Below are positions 49,748-57,076 of a stretch of 64,000 nucleotides of DNA, in pieces. The stretch is taken from assembly GCA_049509055.1 (NCBI GenBank), contig JBELAG010000001.1, positions 8,895 to 72,894 on the forward strand, given 5' to 3'. Below the pieces are notes generated by a model. It did not search any database. It was not told the DNA's origin and saw only the letters and a list, made by a program, of their open reading frames with translations. The stretch comes from Solirubrobacteraceae bacterium (GTDB taxonomy: Bacteria > Actinomycetota > Thermoleophilia > Solirubrobacterales > Solirubrobacteraceae). Made by a program: the position numbers and the translations under genes. Every line of letters starts with the position of its first letter. The first letter of the stretch is position 1.

Positions 49748-51021
49748 CGCGCCGGCGCCGTGGCGGGCGTCGCCATGTTCGTCCTGAAGTCCATCTCCAT
49801 CCGGGCCAGGTTCTCGGCCATCAGCGTCAGCCGGGCCTGGATCGCCGGCGTGTAGCTGCGGTGATCGCCGGCGAACTGCTGGGCGCGGCCGGCGAGTTGC
49901 GCCAGCCGGTCGGCGATGATGGCCCACGCCGACGCGCGGTGGGGCAGCAGCGCGATCGGGCGCTCGAAGCGGAAGCGCGCGCCCGCCCGAATGGAGCCGT
50001 GGGGGGACAGCGGCAATTGGGCGACGATCTCGCCGAGCGGGCGGATCACCGCGGTCATCATCGGGAAGAACGTGACGTGCTGCAGGGCGGCGACGTCGCC
50101 GGCGGTCTGGTCGGTCTGTGAGAGGAAGCGCGCCAGCAGCAGCATCAGCGTCTCATAGGCGAGGTCGAACAGGTCGACGAGCGCGGCGGTGGAGGCGAGC
50201 CCGAACCGGGCGGAGAGCGGCCGACCGGTGACCGGCCAGGCGGGATCGAACGCCGGGGAGCGCGCGCGCTCGGCGCCGAGCTCGATGGAGATCGAGCAGA
50301 AGCGCTCGAAGTGGCTCGTCGTCGCGCCGCTCGGGCCGCCCTCGCCCTCGACGATGATCTGCTGAATCGCCCCCTGCGCGGAGCGGTTGTCGCTGATGTC
50401 TCTCAGCGTGACGTCGTACGCGCCGCCGCCGGGCACCCCCACGCCGCGCACGTCGCCGGGGTCGCTGAGCTCGGCGGAGTCCGGCCCGATGAACAGCCCC
50501 TGCTCGTCGTGTGCGGACAGCTCGGCGAACAGCGAGCCGATCTCGCCGTAGAGCCGGCCGAGCGTCCGGTGCTCGTCGGGGTCGACGTGCGGCAGAGCCT
50601 GCGCGAGCAGGCGCCGCTCCTCGTCGGTCGGCTCCATCGGCATCTCGAACTTGATGAAGCGCTCCAGCGCTCCGGGGCCGAAGCGCTCCAGCCGGCTCTC
50701 GACGAGCAGCGGATAGGCCGACTTCAGCAACGGGAAGTTCGGGCGCTGCAGGTAGGGGGCCTCGCCGATCGCGGTCAGCATGTTGCAGACCAGGCCGAGA
50801 TGCTCCATCTCCTGGCGCGCTACCGCGAGCAGGCTCGCGTCCCAGCGCCGGATCAGCTCCAGCTGCGCCCAGCTCGGCCCGCCGCTGCGACTGCGCGCGC
50901 GCCGCAGCGAGAAGCTCGCGAACAGGTACTGGCAGAGCAGGCCGTGTTCGAGTTCGGCCGCCATGCACAGCAGCTCGGCGAGCCTGATCCGCTTGGCACC
51001 AGCCTCCAGGTCCGTGAGCAC
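49744..51021 (-). CDS. Ferritin-like domain protein (VioB C-terminal / PF12902 type)
   Basis: AAELEHGLLCQYLFA, ARQEMEHL, FIKFEMP, TLGRLY, IIVEGEG, SHFERF, MTAVIRPLGE. Start is uncertain. Confidence 0.82.
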   Translation of the reverse strand: MLTDLEAGAKRIRLAELLCMAAELEHGLLCQYLFASFSLRRARSRSGGPSWAQLELIRRWDASLLAVARQEMEHLGLVCNMLTAIGEAPYLQRPNFPLLKSAYPLLVESRLERFGPGALERFIKFEMPMEPTDEERRLLAQALPHVDPDEHRTLGRLYGEIGSLFAELSAHDEQGLFIGPDSAELSDPGDVRGVGVPGGGAYDVTLRDISDNRSAQGAIQQIIVEGEGGPSGATTSHFERFCSISIELGAERARSPAFDPAWPVTGRPLSARFGLASTAALVDLFDLAYETLMLLLARFLSQTDQTAGDVAALQHVTFFPMMTAVIRPLGEIVAQLPLSPHGSIRAGARFRFERPIALLPHRASAWAIIADRLAQLAGRAQQFAGDHRSYTPAIQARLTLMAENLARMEMDFRTNMATPATAPAR

Positions 51022-51112
51022 CCGGTCTGAAACCCTAACATCGCCGACCCGGGCGCGGGCCCCGCTCCCGCAGCGGTCCTCGGCCTGTCGTAGCCTAGTG
51101 AGTGGTGATCTC

Positions 51113-51799
51113 ATGACGGCAGGCGTTCTGGAGACCGGCGTCGCGCCGGACAGCTTTCTCGCGCTGCTCGACGACGTCGATCGCAGCGCCGTCCTCGACC
51201 TCGGCGTCGCGCGTGCGTTCCCGCGCGGCGCGGTGCTGATGTTCGAGCGTGAGCCGGGCGAGCGGCTGATGATCCTGCTCGCCGGCCGGGTCAAGGTCGC
51301 GGCGGCCGGCGAGAACGGCCACGACGTGCTGCTTTCGATCCGTGATCCGGGCGACGTCCTCGGCGAGCTGGCGTTCATCGACGGCCAGCCGCACAGCGCC
51401 ACCGTCAGCGCGCTGGAGCCGGTCAAGGCGGTGGTGATCTCATCCCGGGTGTTCCGCGCCCACCTGGAGACCGCCCCGCGCGTCGCGGTGGCGATGGTCA
51501 CGATCGTGACCCGCCGGCTGCGCGAGACGACGGTCAAGCGCTCGCAGTTCAGCGCCGACACGATCGCGCGGCTGGCGGCGCGGCTCGTCGAGCTCGCCGA
51601 CCGCTACGGCGCCGACACCGGCGACGGCCTCGAGATCGGCCTTGTTCTCTCCCAGCACGAGCTCGCCGAGTGGACCGGCGCCTCGCGCGCCGGGCTGGCC
51701 AAGGCGATGCAGACGCTGCGCGAGCTCGGCTGGATCGAGACCCAGCGCCGCCGGATCGTGATCCGCGACATCGACGCCCTGCGCCGCCGCGCCGCCTGA
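51113..51799 (+). CDS. Crp/Fnr family transcriptional regulator
   Basis: cNMP-binding domain (PGDVLGELAFIDGQPHSATV) + HTH (LSQHELAEWTGASRAGLAKAM). Confidence 0.92.
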   Translation: MTAGVLETGVAPDSFLALLDDVDRSAVLDLGVARAFPRGAVLMFEREPGERLMILLAGRVKVAAAGENGHDVLLSIRDPGDVLGELAFIDGQPHSATVSALEPVKAVVISSRVFRAHLETAPRVAVAMVTIVTRRLRETTVKRSQFSADTIARLAARLVELADRYGADTGDGLEIGLVLSQHELAEWTGASRAGLAKAMQTLRELGWIETQRRRIVIRDIDALRRRAA

Positions 51800-51837
51800 G
51801 ACGGCCGCGAGGGCGGCGCATGAAGACCTCGCCGTGC

Positions 51838-52416
51838 CTAGGTCCCCGGCGCCCCGGGTCCGCAGCGGTTGAGCAGGCGGGTGAACACCGCGGCGAGTAC
51901 GGCGGCCTCGTTGGGTTCCAACTGGTCAAGGAACGCCGACTCAACGAACGCGAACAGGTTGCGCTGAGCGTGGGCGGTCAGCGTCCGCCCCCGCCGCGTG
52001 AGCGTGACGTTGGTGGCGCGGGCGTCAGCGGGGCACGGCCGGCGATGCACCAGCTCGCGCTCCTCCAGCAGGTCGATCACGCGCGACACCCTGCTGACGC
52101 TCAGCCCCATCGCGTCGGCGAGCGCGCTCTGGCGCAGCGTGCCGGCCGGCGCCCGTGACAGTCGCCCGGTGATGCCGAGCATGCTGATCGTGAGCTCGGC
52201 ATCGGCCAGTAGAAGGTGCTCCGCGTCACGACGCAGGCGCCGCGCGACCTCGAGCAGGCCCTCCCACGCGATCGACTCGTCCGCGCTCCATTCCCGCTCG
52301 GCGTCGGCGCCCATCATGTGCAGCGCGCGGGCCGCGACCTGCGACGCGTCGGTCGCGACCGGCGACGGCGCATCGCCGATCGTGGAGGCGGGACGGCCGG
52401 CGGCGCGGGTGCTCAT
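51838..52416 (-). CDS. MarR family transcriptional regulator
   Basis: LRQSALADAMGLSVSRVSRVIDLLEERELVHRRPCPADARATNVTLT. Confidence 0.9.
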   Translation of the reverse strand: MSTRAAGRPASTIGDAPSPVATDASQVAARALHMMGADAEREWSADESIAWEGLLEVARRLRRDAEHLLLADAELTISMLGITGRLSRAPAGTLRQSALADAMGLSVSRVSRVIDLLEERELVHRRPCPADARATNVTLTRRGRTLTAHAQRNLFAFVESAFLDQLEPNEAAVLAAVFTRLLNRCGPGAPGT

Positions 52417-53342
52417 CGGCGGGCGTCGACCACGGAGATCTCGTTGCCGGCCGGGTCATGGAGCACGGTGGCGCCGCGCGCGGCGGGGGCCAGGGCAACG
52501 CCCGCGGCCGCGGCGCGGTCGGCCAGCGTGTCGCCACCGGCACCTCCGCGCAGGATCAGCTCATAGCTGCGCATCCCGGCGGAGCCCGGCGCGGCGCGGC
52601 GCGCGCCGGGACCGTGCCAGTCGTTGAGCGCGATGCGGTGGGGGAAGCGACCTCCCGCGCTGAGGTCGGCCATCCCGATCGCCGCCATGTAGGCGTGGTC
52701 CTCGAAGCCGATCACGTCGCGGTAGAACCGATGGGCGGCGCTCAGGTCCGGGACGTGGAGATGGACGTGCCCGACCGAGGTCCCCGTCGGCAGCGGCCGG
52801 CCGGGATCCAGGTCCCCGAGCGGCGCGAGCGCCGCCGCGAGGTCCAGCGGCTCGGTGGGCCCGCGCCGGCGCCCCTCGCTGTCGAGCAGCACGATCTCCC
52901 GTGGGCCGATCTCGAGCGAGCCGAGGCGCTCGGGCGTCTCGAGCGTGAGCTCGAGCAGGATCCCGTCGGGATCGTGCAGGTAGGTCGCCTTGGAGAAGAT
53001 GTGATCAGTCGGCGACTGGGGCACCCGCCCGATCGCGAGCCGGGCCAGCACGCGAGCGAACTCGGGCGCATCGGGAAGGTGGATCGCGAGGTGATACAGG
53101 CCGGCGCGCCCGTGCTCGGCCGGTCTCGCGGCCGTCGCTCGCAGCACGACCAGCGTCCGATCGTCGACGCCGAGGCGCGCCTGTCCGGGCGCGGATTGCA
53201 GCTCGGTGAGTCCGATCAGATCGCGCCAGAACGCGAGCGACCGCCCGAGCTCGACGACGTCGAGGTGGACGGCGCCGTAGGCGATGCGATCCTCGCCCAA
53301 CCCGCCGTCAGCGGGTGACACCGTCATCGTCGGGGTGCTCAT
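52413..53342 (-). CDS. catE: VOC/glyoxalase family, catechol 2,3-dioxygenase CatE-like
   Basis: GAVHLDV, GLYHLAIHLP, DHIFSKATYLHDPDG..LEL, VGHVHLHV, FYRDVIGF, HRIALNDW. Confidence 0.85.
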   Translation of the reverse strand: MSTPTMTVSPADGGLGEDRIAYGAVHLDVVELGRSLAFWRDLIGLTELQSAPGQARLGVDDRTLVVLRATAARPAEHGRAGLYHLAIHLPDAPEFARVLARLAIGRVPQSPTDHIFSKATYLHDPDGILLELTLETPERLGSLEIGPREIVLLDSEGRRRGPTEPLDLAAALAPLGDLDPGRPLPTGTSVGHVHLHVPDLSAAHRFYRDVIGFEDHAYMAAIGMADLSAGGRFPHRIALNDWHGPGARRAAPGSAGMRSYELILRGGAGGDTLADRAAAAGVALAPAARGATVLHDPAGNEISVVDARR

Positions 53343-53370
53343 CGTGTGCCTTTCTCGCGGATGGTGCTCA

Positions 53371-53395
53371 CGCGGACGGCGCCAAGCCGTCCGCG
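53371..53395. other. Perfect 10-bp hairpin in the catE leader
   Basis: CGCGGACGGC-gccaa-GCCGTCCGCG. Confidence 0.5.
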
Positions 53396-53403
53396 GCAAA
53401 TTG

Positions 53404-53490
53404 CTTGCTAGCGCAACGATAGCAGACGCACGAGCTTCGACGGATTTACTTGCGAGCGCAACCGTATTCGTGTATGGTTGCTCTAGCAAG
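53404..53490. promoter_or_regulatory. Three TTGC-N4-GCAA operator boxes (probable MarR sites) in the divergent catE/yceI promoter
   Basis: TTGCtagcGCAA 53405-53416, TTGCgagcGCAA 53450-53461, TTGCtctaGCAA 53478-53489, in an AT-enriched intergenic region. Confidence 0.75.
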
Positions 53491-53541
53491 TATCTCAGCG
53501 TGTCAGCCGACACCTCAGTCACGCACGAAACAAGGAGCACC

Positions 53542-54102
53542 ATGAGCGCCACCACCAGCACCCCCACCGTCGTCCCGTCGGGCACCTGGAGCGTCGACCC
53601 GGCCCACTCCACGATCGGCTTCGCCGTCAAGCACATGGGCATCGCGACGGTGCGCGGGGAGTTCCATGAGTTCGAGGGCACGCTGGAGGTCGGCGAGGAC
53701 CTCGCCGGCGCGACCGCCCACGGCACGGTCAAGGTCGAGTCGGTCGACACCAGCGAGGCGCAGCGCGACGAGCACCTGCGCTCGCCCGATTTCTTCGATG
53801 CCGCCGCGCATCCGGAGTTGACGTTCACCTCGACGCGCATCGAGGCTCTCGACAACGAGTCGTTTCGCATCACCGGCAACCTGACGCTGCACGGAGTGAC
53901 CAGGGAGGTCGTCCTGCGCGCAGACGTCCAGGGCACCGATGTCGACCCGTGGGGCAACGAGCGGGTCGGCCTCGAGATCAGCGGACAGCTGTCACGCGCC
54001 GACTACGGGATGAAGTTCAACCAGGCGCTGGGCAGCGGAAACATGCTCGTCGCCGATCGGGTCAAGCTCGTCCTCGACATCTCGGCCGTCAAGCAGGGCT
54101 GA
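53542..54102 (+). CDS. yceI: YceI family (polyisoprenoid-binding) protein
   Basis: WSVDPAHSTIGFAVKHMG, RDEHLRSPDFFD, GNLTLHGVTREV, DPWGNERVG. RBS AAGGAG. Confidence 0.93.
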   Translation: MSATTSTPTVVPSGTWSVDPAHSTIGFAVKHMGIATVRGEFHEFEGTLEVGEDLAGATAHGTVKVESVDTSEAQRDEHLRSPDFFDAAAHPELTFTSTRIEALDNESFRITGNLTLHGVTREVVLRADVQGTDVDPWGNERVGLEISGQLSRADYGMKFNQALGSGNMLVADRVKLVLDISAVKQG

Positions 54103-54109
54103 CCGCGGC

Positions 54110-55448
54110 GTGAGTCCGGCGAGCGTGCGCGGCCAAGCGCGTGCGCCAGATCGAGTCGCTGGCGGACGCGCCGCTGCTCGTGCGGACCAGCCGTGGCGTG
54201 TCGGCGACCGCGACCGGAGAGCGGCTGTATCCGATCGCCCGCGACCTGCTCGCCCGCCGCGGCCAGGCCGTCGATGCGCTCCGCGTCGACCCGACCGGTC
54301 CGCGCTCGCCGGGCGACGCGGTCGCGCCGGCACTGGTCGGCGCGTTCTGCGACGCCCTGCGCGCTGGCGTGCCGTCCGCGGCGCATGCCGCCGCCGACGC
54401 CGCGCTGGCTCGGGGCGCCGACGTCGGCGCCGTCCACCGCCGGTTGATCGAGCCCGCGATGACGATGATCGGCGAGCTGTGGGAGAACAGCGGGATCACG
54501 GTCGCCGACGAGCACCTCGCCACCGCGATCAGCCATGAGGTGGCGGCCCGCGCGGCCTGCCGGGCCGTGCCCGCGCCGGCCACCGCAGGTGATCGTCGGG
54601 GGTCGCGCCGCCCTCCGGATTCCCGGCGCGGTTGTGGTGGCACACTCGAGTCGGCGCTGCGCGAGCTGCTCGCCATCGGCATTCTGGCCGGGCGCGTCGC
54701 CCATCAGCGGCGTCGACCGTCGCACTGGCAGGATCCGACGTCGTTCGTGATCGATCGGGATCTCGTCGTGCGGGCGGCGGAGGGGCAATCGATCCTGCGG
54801 CTGCCGTGGTTCGAGGACGGCCTGTTCGTCGGTCGCAGCCTGCCCGACATCTCCGAGATGCCGGCCCCGGTGCGCCGGCTGTGCGTCACCACATACTCGG
54901 CGGCGCTGGCGGGTGAGCGCGGCCGGTTCGCGTGCACGAGCTTCGGCTACCGGTACTCGGTCGAAGCGGTGCCGGTGTTCGGCGACCACGGGGGCGTCGA
55001 GGCGGTGCTCGCGGTCGTCACCCCAACCCGTGCCTTCGCCTCCGCGGCCCTGGGGTACGAGCGGACGGCAGAGCGCCTCGACGCGGCGGCGGGCCAGGCC
55101 GACGGCCGCGCCGAGCGCTACCGGATCGCGGGGCGCGCCGATGCCGAGGCCGCTCAGCGCGACGCCTCGCGGAGATCGCGCGCCGGCGCGGCGCGGGCGC
55201 GAGCCAGTGCCGCGGCCCTGCGCTCACGCGGCGACGCCACGCCGTCGGAGCCGCCTTCCCTGACCTCGCGGCAGATCGAGGTCCTGAGCCTCGCCTCCCA
55301 CGGGCTCACCTATGCCGAGATCGGCGAGCAGCTCGGGGTCAGCCCGACGACGGTCAAGACGCATTTCGCCGAGATCTACGTCCGGTTGGGGGTGAGCGAT
55401 CGGACGGCGGCCGTCGCGGCGGTCCTGCGTCACGGCGTGATCGAATAA
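54110..55448 (+). CDS. Mosaic regulator: partial LysR-type HTH + B12-binding cap + PAS-like + LuxR HTH (disrupted)
   Basis: VSPASV/AKRVRQIE..LLVRTSRGV (LysR HTH), GELWENSGITVADEH (Wx9EH), out-of-frame VIVGGRA, PAS-like segment, LTSRQIEVL...VKTH...KLG-like LuxR HTH. Confidence 0.7.
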
Positions 55449-55485
55449 CGGCCTTGGGCCCTTAGCGCGGGCTCGGGCGCCAATC

Positions 55486-55530
55486 TCGTCCGTTCGGCCG
55501 ATTGCCGCCGGCTGTCCGGACATCGATAGT
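55486..55530 (+). promoter_or_regulatory. Inverted-repeat boxes and putative -10 upstream of the Cys-rich ORF
   Basis: TCGTCCG-tt-CGGCCGA (55486-55501), TGTCCGGACA (55513-55522), GATAGT (55525-55530) 7 nt before ATG 55538. Confidence 0.4.
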
Positions 55531-55537
55531 GAGCATC

Positions 55538-55987
55538 ATGGATGCGGACGACCGCGGTCACCGGCGGCCCGCGTCAGGTGCGGGCGTGCGCCGCTGCGAT
55601 TGCATGGTGGCGTGCGGGCTCGCCTCCGAGTCACGCCACCTGCCGGGCACGGTGGCGATCTGCTCGTCGTGCGGTGTCGCCGTCTACCTGACCGATGACA
55701 CGCGCGACTATGTCGCCGCCTGGCGCGCGCGGCTGACCTGCGTCGCCTGCGCGGTCGCGGCATCGCAGGGCGCCCGCCTCGAGTTGACGCCGCTCGGGCG
55801 CGGGCTGGTGCTCGCCCGCGCCGGGTCAGAGCGCCAGCGCCAGGGGCTGCTCGAGCAGCTCCCGGACACGCGACAGAAACCGCGCGGCCTCCGCGCCGTA
55901 GAGGATCCGGTGGTCGCACGACATCGTCAGCGTCATGACCTGGCGGTCGACGATCTCGCCACCGGCGCGGGCCAGAACGGGGTGTGA
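55538..55987 (+). CDS. Small Cys-rich hypothetical protein (putative metal-binding)
   Basis: CDCMVAC, CSSC, CVAC. The 3' end overlaps the E2 gene and is uncertain. Confidence 0.45.
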   Translation: MDADDRGHRRPASGAGVRRCDCMVACGLASESRHLPGTVAICSSCGVAVYLTDDTRDYVAAWRARLTCVACAVAASQGARLELTPLGRGLVLARAGSERQRQGLLEQLPDTRQKPRGLRAVEDPVVARHRQRHDLAVDDLATGAGQNGV

Positions 55988-57076
55988 CGCGCCGGCCCCG
56001 AGGATCGCCGCCTGCGGAGCGTTGATCACCGGGGTGATCGCCGTCATCCCGTACATGCCGAGGTTGGACACGGTGAACGTCGCGCCCGACAGGTCGGCCG
56101 GCGTGATCGTGCCGTCGCGCGCCGCGTCTGCGAGCCGGCGGACCTCGGCGGCGATCGATCCGAGCGACCGGGTGTCGGCGTCGGTCACGGTCGGCACGAT
56201 CAGTCCGCCGTCGAGTGCGACCGCGACCCCGACGTTGACCGCGGAGTGCAGCTGCAGCCGGCCGTCGCGGTAGGAGCCGTTGACCAGCGGAAACGCGCGC
56301 AGCGCGAGCGCGGCGGCTTTGACGATGAAGTCGTTGACCGAGGGTGGCCGCTGGGTGACGTCGCGCAGCTGCGAGCGCAGCGCGAGCAGCGCGTCGATCG
56401 CGACCTCGGCCTGCACCTGGAAGTCCGGGACGGTCGCCGTGGTCGCGGCCATCCGCTGCGCGATGACCCGCTGCATGCGCGTCAGCTCGCGCACCTCGCC
56501 GGCGTCGGGCGCCGCGGGCGCCGCGGGCGCCGCCGGCGGCGCCGGCGGGCCCGGCGGGGCCGGGGGCTGGAGCGCACGCGGCGCGCCCAGCGGCGCCCGC
56601 TGCGGCGAGGAGGACGATCGTGCGCCGGCGCCGATCACGTCGGCGCGGGTCACCCGCCCGCTGGGACCGGTCCCCGTCACCGAGGCGAGGTCGATGCCGT
56701 GCTCGGCGGCCACGCGCCGCGCGAGCGGGGTGGCGCGCACCACGGCCCCCCCGCCGTTGGCGCCGCTCCCGTGGGCGGCCGGCGGGTCACGGGCGAGCCC
56801 GCCAGCCGGTTGCCCGCCGCCGCTGGCGGGAGCCGGGACCGCGACGGCGGCCCCCAGACGGGCGATCGGCTCGCCCACCGCGACCGTGGCGCCCGGCCCG
56901 ACGAGGATCGCCAGCACGCCGTCGCCCGGCGACGGGTAGGTCACCGTCGCCTTGTCGGTCTCGATCTCGACGAGCTCCTCGCCGGCCGCCACCCGGTCTC
57001 CGTCGGCCTTGAGCCAGGTCAGGATGGTGCCCTCCTGCATCGAGTCCGACAGCCTCGGCATCGTGATCTCGATCAT
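55826..57076 (-). CDS. pdhC: 2-oxo-acid dehydrogenase E2, dihydrolipoamide acetyltransferase
   Basis: Lipoyl domain EIETDKAT, PSBD ATPLARRVA..GTGPSGRVTRADV, catalytic TFTVSNLGM..PVINAPQ..CDHRILYG. Confidence 0.92.
   Translation of the reverse strand: MIEITMPRLSDSMQEGTILTWLKADGDRVAAGEELVEIETDKATVTYPSPGDGVLAILVGPGATVAVGEPIARLGAAVAVPAPASGGGQPAGGLARDPPAAHGSGANGGGAVVRATPLARRVAAEHGIDLASVTGTGPSGRVTRADVIGAGARSSSSPQRAPLGAPRALQPPAPPGPPAPPAAPAAPAAPDAGEVRELTRMQRVIAQRMAATTATVPDFQVQAEVAIDALLALRSQLRDVTQRPPSVNDFIVKAAALALRAFPLVNGSYRDGRLQLHSAVNVGVAVALDGGLIVPTVTDADTRSLGSIAAEVRRLADAARDGTITPADLSGATFTVSNLGMYGMTAITPVINAPQAAILGAGASHPVLARAGGEIVDRQVMTLTMSCDHRILYGAEAARFLSRVRELLEQPLALAL

Noticed and set aside
48869-51021. 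Violacein/indolocarbazole biosynthetic cluster
   Set aside because: No tryptophan oxidase, VioE/P450 or flavin monooxygenase genes are in the window.
51022-51112. Canonical Crp site in the ferritin/Crp intergenic region
   Set aside because: No TGTGA-N6-TCACA match; the nearest (GTGA-N7-TCTC) has the wrong spacing.
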